The notes below the pieces were generated by a model. It was not told the origin of the DNA, did not search any database, and saw only the letters and a program-made list of their open reading frames with translations. A program made the position numbers and the translations under genes. DNA of 64,000 bases from a virus (lineage: Duplodnaviria; Heunggongvirae; Uroviricota; Caudoviricetes), in IMG/VR virus record IMGVR_UViG_3300008107_000002. One strand, written 5' to 3'. Of the stretch, positions 48,581-57,611 are shown piece by piece; the stretch's first letter is position 1, and the number at the start of each line of letters is the position of its first letter.

Positions 48581-49077
48581 TCCTTATAGTAATTAAAATT
48601 AAGTACACATCTAAATTTTGTGTCTGTACTAGATGTACCTGTGTGTTTTATTGTAGCATCAAATTCAACAAATCTGTTGGCTATAGATTCTATTTTTTGT
48701 CCATTTTCAAATAACGTATATCCATTATTTGAATTGATGTAATAAATGCCCGTGTATCCGGCAAATTTTGGTCCGTCTACGTGCAATCCATATTCGAATA
48801 TATCTTGAGTAACTGTTGTAAGGTTTGCCTTTATCCTTAAAATTGCAGTTGGACCTATTCTGTCTATTATTGGTCTAATAAGATTTATATGATTACTTCT
48901 TGGTTGATATTCAAGATACAACGTATGGGTAAGCTGAAAATTTAATAACGACTCAGATCCATTATTGGAAACCTTAAGGTCATTAGTATACCAAGGAAAA
49001 TCTCCAGAAAGCATTTCATCTTGTATTTTAGAAAACACTTCTTGCGGCAAAAAATTATCAATTACGTTAATAATCAC
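48577..49077 (-). CDS. possible 2OG-Fe(II) oxygenase-superfamily protein
   Basis: 166 aa; HVDGPKF (HxD) and a distal His in IKHTG; weak. Confidence 0.4.
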   Translation of the reverse strand: MIINVIDNFLPQEVFSKIQDEMLSGDFPWYTNDLKVSNNGSESLLNFQLTHTLYLEYQPRSNHINLIRPIIDRIGPTAILRIKANLTTVTQDIFEYGLHVDGPKFAGYTGIYYINSNNGYTLFENGQKIESIANRFVEFDATIKHTGTSSTDTKFRCVLNFNYYKE

Positions 49078-49093
49078 AATACATCTCTAACAA

Positions 49094-49402
49094 TTATTTA
49101 ACAAATGGACCAAATTTTAAATAATATTCTGTAAGTTTTTTCTTTTCTAGTTCTGCAACAATTACATATTGATATCCGTATTGGTATGGATCCGTATGCC
49201 TGTGCCATTCGGGTTTATCTATTGCGTGTTCCATAATAAACTTACCCTTTTCGCTTTCTTGCCATTCCCAAAGTGGTTGTGCGGCATATAAATCCGGATC
49301 TTCAACATCGCCCATTGAAAAATGATGAACGGTTACTTTGTGTATTTCTTCAACAAATCTTTGACCGTCTTCGTCAAATACTCGCCATCTTACTTTTCCC
49401 AT
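49094..49402 (-). CDS. hypothetical protein
   Basis: 102 aa ORF. Confidence 0.5.
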   Translation of the reverse strand: MGKVRWRVFDEDGQRFVEEIHKVTVHHFSMGDVEDPDLYAAQPLWEWQESEKGKFIMEHAIDKPEWHRHTDPYQYGYQYVIVAELEKKKLTEYYLKFGPFVK

Positions 49403-49698
49403 ACCAAGTAATATACTGTTATAAATTTTTCAGCATCACGCTTACTGTTAAAGTACCACATATCCCATGCGGTACGGTGTGCTGTTTTCCAAGTCTCGAG
49501 AGTTTGTAGTGCCCAATTTATTCTTTCGTCGAGCTTACTTGAGTTGTAATGATTACCCGCATCGTCTACGCTGGCAAACTCTTCTATTAGTCTAATATGC
49601 CACTTACGATTTTGTCCCTGATATAATTTAGGTCGAATTGTAGGTAGACTAGATTCGGCCCAAACCTTCATTACTTCGTCAAGCGTTTGAGCTATCAT
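49390..49698 (-). CDS. hypothetical protein
   Basis: 102 aa ORF. Confidence 0.5.
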   Translation of the reverse strand: MIAQTLDEVMKVWAESSLPTIRPKLYQGQNRKWHIRLIEEFASVDDAGNHYNSSKLDERINWALQTLETWKTAHRTAWDMWYFNSKRDAEKFITVYYLVWEK

Positions 49699-50191
49699 TC
49701 TTTTTTCGTTTTACAAACTGACGTTTTTTGGGTTTATGGGAACCGCCACTATTCAATGGGCTGTGCATCTGTGCTTTTTCTGCTCTTTCAATCGCGGCAT
49801 GTATTTGTTCAGCAGTTGGCTCATTTTCTTCCTGGAATTGATCTTGATTAATTTCTTTAACAATTTCAGTAAGCGCATTAGGCATTTCTACAGGCATCTT
49901 CATGCCTACCTTTTTTAGATATCGACTATTCTCACGAACTTGATTTATGTTTAATTTACGAAACAAGTTAATAGGACCGGTTGCATCTGGACTGATTTGA
50001 TCAAAGTCTCGAACTTCGTAGATGTCATCAATTCCTGTTTTTAGTTCGATAATGTATAATTCTCGATCTGGACTGTGTCCTTCTTTTAGATGTTCAAGGT
50101 CGATAACCTCTACAATTCTGCCTTCAACAAGTTTAGGTTCGCCTAAATGGATCCATACTTTATCTTTAATATTATATTCTTTTTTCTTCAT
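49679..50191 (-). CDS. hypothetical protein
   Basis: 170 aa ORF; basic C-terminus. Confidence 0.5.
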   Translation of the reverse strand: MKKKEYNIKDKVWIHLGEPKLVEGRIVEVIDLEHLKEGHSPDRELYIIELKTGIDDIYEVRDFDQISPDATGPINLFRKLNINQVRENSRYLKKVGMKMPVEMPNALTEIVKEINQDQFQEENEPTAEQIHAAIERAEKAQMHSPLNSGGSHKPKKRQFVKRKKNDSSNA

Positions 50192-50553
50192 GTCATTAAA
50201 TAGGCAATACCTATGTAGGTTAATTGATGAGCCATTTGATCTAGTCCTAGGTGATTCCAGAAAGCAGGAGTATTAATATCTCTGTTACTGTAATTCATTT
50301 TTGCCCAATCAATATGATAATGTAGTACAAAATCAATAAAGGCAAGTATGCCAGCTAGAGCAATGTATGGAAGTCCGGCAATTGCTATTAAACAAAACAT
50401 TGTTCCTATTGCATGTTTTGCACTATGGTTTATTCCCGGGCCATCACCGTATATACCTTTGCTGGCTACTTCTATAGCAGTTTGATCAACAAAGTCTATG
50501 TACCAATGCTTAACCTGTAATAGGACCAGCAATAGTAGTGCTTCGTTAATCAT
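50188..50553 (-). CDS. small membrane protein (3-4 TM)
   Basis: 121 aa; hydrophobic helices LLLLVLLQV, IGTMFCLIAIAGLPYIALAGILAFI. Confidence 0.5.
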   Translation of the reverse strand: MINEALLLLVLLQVKHWYIDFVDQTAIEVASKGIYGDGPGINHSAKHAIGTMFCLIAIAGLPYIALAGILAFIDFVLHYHIDWAKMNYSNRDINTPAFWNHLGLDQMAHQLTYIGIAYLMT

Positions 50554-50717
50554 TCTGCTACCTTTTCCTTTGTCTTAAGTTCTAATAGATCTTTAACAAA
50601 TTTAATGGCCTTACGGTCTGTATCATAGACGAACTCTTGATCTTCGTCGTCGTCACTACGCAGAGTAACAATAACACCGTTTCGTACTTTGCGTATTTCA
50701 ATAGACTCGTAATTCAT
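50550..50717 (-). CDS. small acidic ORF (55 aa) coupled by ATGA to the downstream membrane protein
   Basis: ATG 50717-50715, stop TGA overlapping the next ATG; fills an otherwise empty 170-nt gap. Confidence 0.3.
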   Translation of the reverse strand: MNYESIEIRKVRNGVIVTLRSDDDEDQEFVYDTDRKAIKFVKDLLELKTKEKVAE

Positions 50718-50726
50718 AATTTACCT

Positions 50727-51521
50727 TTATTGTCCTTCAACGGACAAGTTATAGTTAAAGTGGAAGATACCGATATGTGCAACTTCTCTGCTGAGTTCTT
50801 GATCGCACCAAATATCGAAACCTGCTTTTTGTACTTGTTTACAGAAGAAAATGTCCTCACCAATTTCTAAATTAAGTTCAGGAACAAATTCTTGTAGGTA
50901 GTACGGGCCTTGGATTTTTTCATAAACAGATCGATGTGCCAAGACCATTCCGTGAGGAAGAACATCGATCTTTTCCATTGGAGGACTTTGATCAGTAGTT
51001 ACAAATTCTGTAAAACTACCCGGAGCTCCTGACATTCCCGTAAAGTTGGGATTAGGAAAACGGCGTCTACGATAATTAGCACCTACAATTGGTACATTTC
51101 TTTTGAGTAGCTTTAATGGCGCATCGATTGGAAACTTCATGTCGCTGTCGACCCACCAAATGTAGTCAAAATCGCTTTTCATAAAGATATCAGCAAGATT
51201 ACGTCTAGCAATAGTAATTACACTACCAATGTTAAATGCACAATTGATCTTAATACCGTTAGCAACCATGTTAGCGGCGGCCATAGCCAGGTGTTGTGCA
51301 AATTCAGCATTAACCATTTCCATGGCCGGAACAGCAATCATTACACTAGGTTGTTTGTTTGTTTGCGGCAATTGCTTTGGAGCACCTGCTGGATTTGAAT
51401 TACTTTGTCCAGGAAAAGGATTAAATTTAGTCAGAGGCGGTTTTGTTGCCGCGCCGGCTGGCATTTGACGCTTTTCTGGAATTGTTTGTTTTGTTGGGAT
51501 ATTAAGTTTACCTTTAGTCAT
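50727..51521 (-). CDS. possible glycosyltransferase (DxD-containing)
   Basis: 264 aa; WWVDSDMKFP (DxD-like) after an N-terminal Pro/Lys-rich region; weak. Confidence 0.45.
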   Translation of the reverse strand: MTKGKLNIPTKQTIPEKRQMPAGAATKPPLTKFNPFPGQSNSNPAGAPKQLPQTNKQPSVMIAVPAMEMVNAEFAQHLAMAAANMVANGIKINCAFNIGSVITIARRNLADIFMKSDFDYIWWVDSDMKFPIDAPLKLLKRNVPIVGANYRRRRFPNPNFTGMSGAPGSFTEFVTTDQSPPMEKIDVLPHGMVLAHRSVYEKIQGPYYLQEFVPELNLEIGEDIFFCKQVQKAGFDIWCDQELSREVAHIGIFHFNYNLSVEGQ

Positions 51522-51564
51522 TGCGATCCTTGTTTTTTATAATTATCTTACCGCAGGGGTCACA

Positions 51565-52155
51565 TCACGTGAAACTGAGTTCCCGGCTTACTGTCTCTTT
51601 TACAACTTCATGGTCCATCCAGGTAACATCTGGATTCTTACCCCAATTGACCTTCATTGTTTCTTGCCATTCGTGTGCCTTTTCAAGAGCTTCATCCATT
51701 GATGATGCTTCTACATCAAACACAAAACGAATATCCAAATCTACTTTAAATCTATCGTTGCTCATAATACTTTCCTGATTAAAATTGATATTGCTGTAAT
51801 TTATATTACCGATGTCTTCTAGATATTCTAGAATAAGTTCTTCAGTGTCTACATGGGTGAAAGACACGTTATCCCAAGCATTATTAGGATCTAAACCTCT
51901 ATCATTACTTTCTTTATAATATGCATCTCGAAAATCTAAATTAATCCATCTGTATGCCTGCGTGTGATTCGGCACCTCTACTACAATTTCATAAACAGTT
52001 TGTGTTTCTCGATCAAAGACGCAATGAGCGTAGGGCTTTTTGTCAATGTTTTGGAAATCAAGAATTTGTGAATTAGTTCCATAACATTGCCAACCGTAGT
52101 CACTACCTCCAGTGATCCTACTTCCAGCGGCATTGATTACATTAGTAAAGTTCAT
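51565..52155 (-). CDS. hypothetical protein
   Basis: 196 aa ORF with its own promoter. Confidence 0.55.
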   Translation of the reverse strand: MNFTNVINAAGSRITGGSDYGWQCYGTNSQILDFQNIDKKPYAHCVFDRETQTVYEIVVEVPNHTQAYRWINLDFRDAYYKESNDRGLDPNNAWDNVSFTHVDTEELILEYLEDIGNINYSNINFNQESIMSNDRFKVDLDIRFVFDVEASSMDEALEKAHEWQETMKVNWGKNPDVTWMDHEVVKETVSRELSFT

Positions 52156-52160
52156 AGTTC

Positions 52161-52189
52161 ATTATATTGTAAATTATAACAGTTGTCAA
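52161..52189 (-). promoter_or_regulatory. sigma70-like promoter TTGACA-17-TATAAT (near-leaderless)
   Basis: minus-strand TTGACA 52189-52184, spacer 17, TATAAT 52166-52161; the ATG of the downstream gene is at 52155. Confidence 0.5.
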
Positions 52190-52190
52190 A

Positions 52191-52382
52191 TTAATTTAAA
52201 CCAAAATGGGCTTTGATAGAAGAGATTGCAGAAGTCTCCTCGGCCGCCTCAAGAACAGTGATACATTCATTAATGCCCGATAAAAGCAGTCCAAACGTAT
52301 CAATCCCTGTTGTCGGATAAAGTCCATCAACCCTAACTTGGATCTGTTGCGCTTCGAATAGTTTTTTTAAATTTTCATTCAT
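52191..52382 (-). CDS. small hypothetical protein
   Basis: 63 aa ORF. Confidence 0.4.
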   Translation of the reverse strand: MNENLKKLFEAQQIQVRVDGLYPTTGIDTFGLLLSGINECITVLEAAEETSAISSIKAHFGLN

Positions 52383-52632
52383 TATTTTCTTCCTCTAGTT
52401 GATTCATGAATAGATTAAGTTGCTCAATTAAATTTTGACAACCTTTACGATTCATAGTAATTGTTGAAATACCAGTTTTAAAAGTTATACGACCTTCACT
52501 GGTTATTCCTATACTGTAGTATTCTTGTTCCGATTTTGGCGGTTCAATAAGAGGAACCGGAGCACGTTCTGGAAACGGGACTACGTTATAACCTTTAGCA
52601 CGTTCTTCTCGACTTTTAAACCAATTAAACAT
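52375..52632 (-). CDS. small hypothetical protein
   Basis: 85 aa ORF. Confidence 0.4.
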   Translation of the reverse strand: MFNWFKSREERAKGYNVVPFPERAPVPLIEPPKSEQEYYSIGITSEGRITFKTGISTITMNRKGCQNLIEQLNLFMNQLEEENNE

Positions 52633-52918
52633 CTTTAACTCCAGATTTCTTTTTTGCTAATTCTCGTTCGCATTGAGCAATGGCGGCGTCAAGCATGGCA
52701 GTTGTAATTTCTTTGGGATTCATTCCAAAATGCAGTTTAATTAAATCTACTCCCTGCCCGCGACTAATCATATCACGCAACATGGGATTCAATGCTATGC
52801 AACATTCCCTAACAATCAACTCGGCGAACTTTTCTATGAACTTTGTCTGCTTTTCCCAAGAATCACCCTGAGTTGTTTTAGCAGCCTCTTCCCAAAGTTT
52901 TTGAATTCGTTCGTTCAT
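52625..52918 (-). CDS. member 1 of small paralogous MNERIQ/KFAELIV protein family
   Basis: 97 aa; MNERIQKLWEE...KFAELIVRECC...LHFGMNPKE; shares a 32-nt identical DNA block with the copy at 60573-60604. Confidence 0.6.
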   Translation of the reverse strand: MNERIQKLWEEAAKTTQGDSWEKQTKFIEKFAELIVRECCIALNPMLRDMISRGQGVDLIKLHFGMNPKEITTAMLDAAIAQCERELAKKKSGVKDV

Positions 52919-53049
52919 TTAATGCTTTCCTACATTCTATTAACAAATCTCTCACTGCTGTATGATTAGCAAGTTCTGGATTAAACAGTCCACCCATTGC
53001 TAGGTAATCTGTAATTCTATTAACTAGGTCCAGAACTTGCTTGTCCATA

Positions 53050-53844
53050 TTACTTGGGCATCATCAATGCGTTGAAGTTACTTGGAACAACAATGGTCTG
53101 CACTTGTCCGTTCTTAATACCTTCACTGATGTTCAACATGGCCTGTGCCTGCATAAACGCAATTGACGCCCCTGAGTTGTTAGCCAATGCTGCCATACGA
53201 CGACTTTCAGCTTCGGCAGTCTTAACTTCAACTTCCTTCTGCTTCAATTCGTTCTTTGAACGAACCAGTGCGTTGGCACTCTCAACAACTGAGTCTGCTG
53301 GTACTACATTACGAATCAACACTTGGCTAATCATAATAGTACCGTCCAACTTTTCTTCTGCCAAGTTGCGAACGATTTCGTCTTGAATGAACTTTTCCAT
53401 TTCACCGCGATTGTCTGCCATATCTAGTGCTTCATACTTTCGTGCTGCCTTGTAGATAGCATTACGAGCATTTTGAACAATGTAGTTGTACATCACATAG
53501 GTGTCGCCTTTGAACTCTGCGTGGAAAGCCTTGTTCTTTGTAGCATACAGTTCTGATACTTGTTGTGGGTTGATGTTGTAGACAACCACAGCATCCAAGT
53601 CTTTCATCGTCGAGTTATCTTTGGCCACTGGAGTCATATTCTCCAATGAGACATTAACATCCTTGATAGGAAATGTCAGTACGTCACCGATCAACACCTG
53701 ATTGAACGAACCCGGAAGTAGTTCTCCAGGCTGTACTTGTTTGTCAAAGCCAACTCGAACACCAACTTCACCAGTTTCAATACGAGTACAACCTGTAGCA
53801 AGAACAGCGGCGGCAAGAACGGAGAGAGTCAAAATACGTTTCAT
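53050..53844 (-). CDS. SPFH/band-7 (prohibitin/HflKC/stomatin-like) lipoprotein
   Basis: signal peptide with lipobox MKRILTLSVLAAAVLATGC; SPFH-like core then Ala/Glu/Lys-rich coiled-coil (KQKEVEVKTAEAESRRMAALA); an alternative upstream start at 53925 would add a TM helix. Confidence 0.75.
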   Translation of the reverse strand: MKRILTLSVLAAAVLATGCTRIETGEVGVRVGFDKQVQPGELLPGSFNQVLIGDVLTFPIKDVNVSLENMTPVAKDNSTMKDLDAVVVYNINPQQVSELYATKNKAFHAEFKGDTYVMYNYIVQNARNAIYKAARKYEALDMADNRGEMEKFIQDEIVRNLAEEKLDGTIMISQVLIRNVVPADSVVESANALVRSKNELKQKEVEVKTAEAESRRMAALANNSGASIAFMQAQAMLNISEGIKNGQVQTIVVPSNFNALMMPK

Positions 53845-53940
53845 TTTAAATAATACCTTGTGAAAAAAGAAAAAAGCAAACAACGAAACCCAAAGCAAAA
53901 TACAAAGGGCGAAGATAACGATCATTAACCATATTAATCC

Positions 53941-54117
53941 TTAAAATAAGATTACCAATCCGACCATTGCCACTAGTGCTAGTGATGCAACAATTATACT
54001 ATATACAATGGACTTTGTCAAGGTCCAACGTTCCTTGCCGTTGAGATTCCTCCAAGCAGTAATGCCAAAGTGGATAAGAACGGCAAGGATAGCAAAGGCT
54101 AGCCAAAGTCTAATCAT
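53941..54117 (-). CDS. small membrane protein (58 aa), ATGA-coupled to rIIB
   Basis: two hydrophobic helices; start overlaps the rIIB stop. Confidence 0.3.
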   Translation of the reverse strand: MIRLWLAFAILAVLIHFGITAWRNLNGKERWTLTKSIVYSIIVASLALVAMVGLVILF

Positions 54118-54914
54118 ATATTAGTTGTACCCCAACTAGTTGGGCTGTTATAACTGTTGGCATTTTCCTGCACAGGTGCAGTAAATGCTTCTTCAGGTTC
54201 GACACCCAATTCACCGATTACTTCATAGCGGCAAGCACGACCTTTAGCTTCGTTGTAGTCAGTTGGAATGCTCACAACATCACGTGGATTAATCTTAACA
54301 ATAACAGTACGATCACCACCAAAGCACGACAAGTAACTCATACCGCAGAAGTGCAGACCTGTTGAGCAGGTTTGATCCTTGTTGTCGTCTACCTTGTTAC
54401 GTTCCATTTCAACTACACGACCAACGGAGTTATCCATTGTACCGCTATGCACATCCATAAAGTTATCACGAACTTTCTTGTAAGCAAGGAAATACCCGTC
54501 TGGAGTAATTGGCAAGTTATTCTTCTCCAAGAAGCCATACAGTTCGGTCACTGCTCGCTTGCTAGGGTTAGCATACAGGTTTTCCATAAAGTTAACCATT
54601 GGTTCAACTGGAAAGCCTTCTTGCAACATTTCAATCATTCGACGGGCAAGTCCAGTATTAAGGACCTCACCTTTCCAGAACAATGTTTCGCCTTGGATGC
54701 TAACATTGCCAGCACCATAGTTCAAAACAACCTTTTTAGGTTCGATGACATCTTTAACAGTATCCCAATCTCCAGCCTTAATAGCTTCTAATACCTTGGG
54801 ATAGGTAATATGTGTTTTAGAAATAGTGTGTGACTTATTTCCAATAACGACAACAACATTGCTGCCTTGAATGATAAACGGATAGCTCATTTTATACGCC
54901 TTTCTTTGCGTCAA
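54114..54914 (-). CDS. rIIB: rIIB-like protein
   Basis: 266 aa ORF immediately downstream of, and overlapping, rIIA as in T4-like phages; no independent motif. Confidence 0.55.
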   Translation of the reverse strand: MTQRKAYKMSYPFIIQGSNVVVVIGNKSHTISKTHITYPKVLEAIKAGDWDTVKDVIEPKKVVLNYGAGNVSIQGETLFWKGEVLNTGLARRMIEMLQEGFPVEPMVNFMENLYANPSKRAVTELYGFLEKNNLPITPDGYFLAYKKVRDNFMDVHSGTMDNSVGRVVEMERNKVDDNKDQTCSTGLHFCGMSYLSCFGGDRTVIVKINPRDVVSIPTDYNEAKGRACRYEVIGELGVEPEEAFTAPVQENANSYNSPTSWGTTNI

Positions 54915-57069
54915 TTAAATTTACATATTCGGCAATATCGCTTGCTTCAACGCGGTAAGTGCTCAGACTTTTCAATAACGGATACCTACGATTCACGTCA
55001 TTAAGTTTTTGTTGATATTTTGTAACCAATGCATCCGGGCTAATATTAGCGTTAGGAGCAAATCGGCGGAACAAACGATCAATATTATATGTGTAACCTT
55101 TAAACTTTTCAACACCTTTAAGTTCATTTACAATTTCTGCATACGGACTCTTGGCATCGATTAGCGTTATTACACTACTATTATACTCTAAAATGTCTGC
55201 ATGGTCAAGTTTTGATTTAACCAAACTCATCAACAATTTACTTGTATCTTTAGCAGTTAACAATGAGGCAATGTAATCTTCAAAGTTGACCCAGTTTGAC
55301 AACTTCTTAATCTCTTCAATGTCGCCTTTACGAACACCGTAGATATCACCTTTGAACAAATCGGGCAAAGCCTTAACATCGTCATACAATTCCTTACCAC
55401 TGGCATAACCTTTGGCACTTTGCATACTGAACCCGCTTAACGGAACATAGTAAAATGTAACAGCGGCATCAAATGCATCAGCCTTACCAGCGTCACGCCA
55501 TACCATGTCATCATCACTACGACGATATCCACCACCACCACGACGTACCAATTGCAGAATTGTTACATTCTTGCCCATGTTCTCACGTTCACGTTGTTGC
55601 AAGGTACTTGCGGCAAAACGTCGAGCAGTGGGCGGTTCTTGGATAGCGGCAAAGAATGCTTGAGTATTCATTGCCTTGTTCTTGTCTACCTTCTCCAAGA
55701 TCCAGATAGCACGGCTGTACACATCACACCCAACTTCTTTATAATGATATCGGGCACGTTCGCCGGCACCTGTCTTTAGGTCGTTGATGATAAAGTGGCA
55801 AGTGTCGTCTACTGGAATGTGCCATTCTTGCCATGTGATGTAATGTCCATTGGCATTTTTGGCACGATTGTCAGCATACTCTGTGACGCTCTTACCATTG
55901 CTCACTGTTTTAGTATGACGAGCTTGTTGTAACAGACGAATCTGAATGTTCCAGTTTGTAGCAAGGTCTTCAACTTTGAAGTCAAAACGAGCCATTTGGC
56001 TGTACTGTTTAGTATTGTAAGTTGGCAAGTTAGTGTCGAGCGCATACTTGGCCACAGCCGCAGTCCACAACTTATGCTCTTTCTTCTTAAACAAGAACAC
56101 AGCACGATCCCACAGATTAGGGATAGCATCTGCTTCTCGAGCAATCACAACTGCCAATGCCGTATTGAGTTGTTCCAACTTGGCTTTAATAGCCGCAATG
56201 GTTGAAGGAATGTAGCTCAGACCTTCACGTGACGCTTGGAAGTCCAACTCGCCGATAGCAAAGTGCATTTCAAGTCCGCAAGTCAACAAGTTTCGCACAT
56301 CCTGGTCAATGCTTTGATCAGCGGCAGGGATTTCAATAGGATAAGCAATATTACCCATGACAGCCACGCTACCACGACGACCTTCGTTCTTGTAACTATG
56401 CACACCGGGAATGATGTCGCGGCTTTCGTAATCAATCAGATCAAACACAAAGTCATTATTACCGTTGACAACAGGCTTAAGAACAAAGTGACGATATACA
56501 CTACGAGCTTCTTGACGGAACTTGTCAAAGTCATAACGGTCGTTGACTGAAAACTTAACTTCAACACCCGTTGGCTCGTCGGTAGCCTCTTGCATCATTA
56601 ATGCAATGCTCGGGACTCCGTCACCGTTAATGAAAGCAGAGTAAATGCCCTTAACGCCGTTTTGGATAGCAGTTACAGTAAAATTGTCAGTATAACTAAA
56701 AGGGCTTTTGGATCCCAATCCAAGAGCTCCGATAAATTCGTTGCTGGCTGTTTTTGTACTTTCAAAGTACGTGGTGTAGATTTGTGTGACTTGTTTATGT
56801 GAGAGGCCAGTCCCATAGTCTCGAATAGAAAACCAAGGTTCTAAAGTGTTTGGGAGATGAACATCAAAAGGGGTATCCTTCTTGTCCGCGGCCGCATGTG
56901 AGTCAACGGCATTACAAGAAAGTTCACGTACAATAGCACGGATCTTGTTAGCATACAAGCCCGAACTCAAAATACTGAATGCTTTGGCACTGTTACGAAT
57001 ACGGAATTCGCCAATTTCACTGACATTAGAAACAATGGCTTCGTTGACTGGAGCATTGTTAAGAATCAT
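54892..57069 (-). CDS. rIIA: rIIA-like protein (GHKL ATPase-fold N-terminal domain)
   Basis: 725 aa (same length as T4 rIIA); NSAKAFSILSSGLYANKIRAIVRELSCNAVDSH and NEFIGALGLGSKSPFSYTDNF match rIIA Bergerat-fold boxes. Confidence 0.8.
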   Translation of the reverse strand: MILNNAPVNEAIVSNVSEIGEFRIRNSAKAFSILSSGLYANKIRAIVRELSCNAVDSHAAADKKDTPFDVHLPNTLEPWFSIRDYGTGLSHKQVTQIYTTYFESTKTASNEFIGALGLGSKSPFSYTDNFTVTAIQNGVKGIYSAFINGDGVPSIALMMQEATDEPTGVEVKFSVNDRYDFDKFRQEARSVYRHFVLKPVVNGNNDFVFDLIDYESRDIIPGVHSYKNEGRRGSVAVMGNIAYPIEIPAADQSIDQDVRNLLTCGLEMHFAIGELDFQASREGLSYIPSTIAAIKAKLEQLNTALAVVIAREADAIPNLWDRAVFLFKKKEHKLWTAAVAKYALDTNLPTYNTKQYSQMARFDFKVEDLATNWNIQIRLLQQARHTKTVSNGKSVTEYADNRAKNANGHYITWQEWHIPVDDTCHFIINDLKTGAGERARYHYKEVGCDVYSRAIWILEKVDKNKAMNTQAFFAAIQEPPTARRFAASTLQQRERENMGKNVTILQLVRRGGGGYRRSDDDMVWRDAGKADAFDAAVTFYYVPLSGFSMQSAKGYASGKELYDDVKALPDLFKGDIYGVRKGDIEEIKKLSNWVNFEDYIASLLTAKDTSKLLMSLVKSKLDHADILEYNSSVITLIDAKSPYAEIVNELKGVEKFKGYTYNIDRLFRRFAPNANISPDALVTKYQQKLNDVNRRYPLLKSLSTYRVEASDIAEYVNLIDAKKGV

Positions 57070-57100
57070 TTTGCACCTTTCTGTGTTGCTGTATGTATAT

Positions 57101-57129
57101 ATTATAGCATGGTTTTACCATGCTGTCAA
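57101..57129 (-). promoter_or_regulatory. sigma70-like early promoter TTGACA-17-TGcTATAAT upstream of rIIA
   Basis: TTGACA 57129-57124, 17-nt spacer containing palindrome gcatgg-tttta-ccatgc, extended -10 TGCTATAAT; SD AAAGGTG before the rIIA ATG. Confidence 0.6.
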
Positions 57130-57133
57130 GTGT

Positions 57134-57544
57134 TTATTTGGATTCAACCGCTTTTCTGAACAAAATTTCTTGTTTAGAAAATGCTTCTATTTCCCATGGG
57201 AGATCCAGATATTTTACTCGTTTGGTAATTTTTTTACCTTTCCAAAAACATGTACCATTTACAATTTGGAAATGTCCTTTGGCAAATTGTTTAACATGGA
57301 CCATTTCGTGTGCTAAAGTACTACCGAGATCTGCCCACTTTTGAGGTTTAAGTGCAATCACATAACTATCCAAACCGGGCAGATTAGTTGTTGAACCAGT
57401 GGCATCGGGAGTAATACCTTTGGCAATTTCAATTAATACAAATTTACGACTACGTTCCAATTTGAGTTGTTTGATCAAACTAGGCATTAATGCTTCTACA
57501 TAACGCTTTAGAGTTGGACTGCGGCTTTGTACTTGGAATTCCAT
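57134..57544 (-). CDS. putative Zn-metallopeptidase-like protein (HExxH)
   Basis: 136 aa; LAHEMVHVKQ then downstream Glu; SprT/WLM-like arrangement. Confidence 0.5.
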   Translation of the reverse strand: MEFQVQSRSPTLKRYVEALMPSLIKQLKLERSRKFVLIEIAKGITPDATGSTTNLPGLDSYVIALKPQKWADLGSTLAHEMVHVKQFAKGHFQIVNGTCFWKGKKITKRVKYLDLPWEIEAFSKQEILFRKAVESK

Positions 57545-57570
57545 AGAGTCTTTCTTGTTACTATGTGTAT

Positions 57571-57599
57571 ATTATACAAGAAAAAACCAGAACTGTCAA
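57571..57599 (-). promoter_or_regulatory. sigma70-like promoter TTGACA-17-TATAAT
   Basis: TTGACA 57599-57594, spacer 17, TATAAT 57576-57571; 27 nt upstream of the ATG of 57134..57544. Confidence 0.55.
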
Positions 57600-57611
57600 C
57601 CTAGAGTACAA

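Noticed and set aside
50637-50870. Plus-strand 77-aa ORF
   Set aside because: Antisense to the better-supported minus-strand micro-ORF and glycosyltransferase-like gene; breaks the uniform strand polarity without a promoter or RBS
53845-53925. N-terminal extension of the SPFH gene (MIVIFALCILLWVSLFAFFFF...)
   Set aside because: The downstream Met gives a textbook lipoprotein signal (lipobox ATGC), so the extension was not annotated. However, RBS strength is similar for both and the longer form would add a TM helix as in HflK/C, so it is left as an alternative
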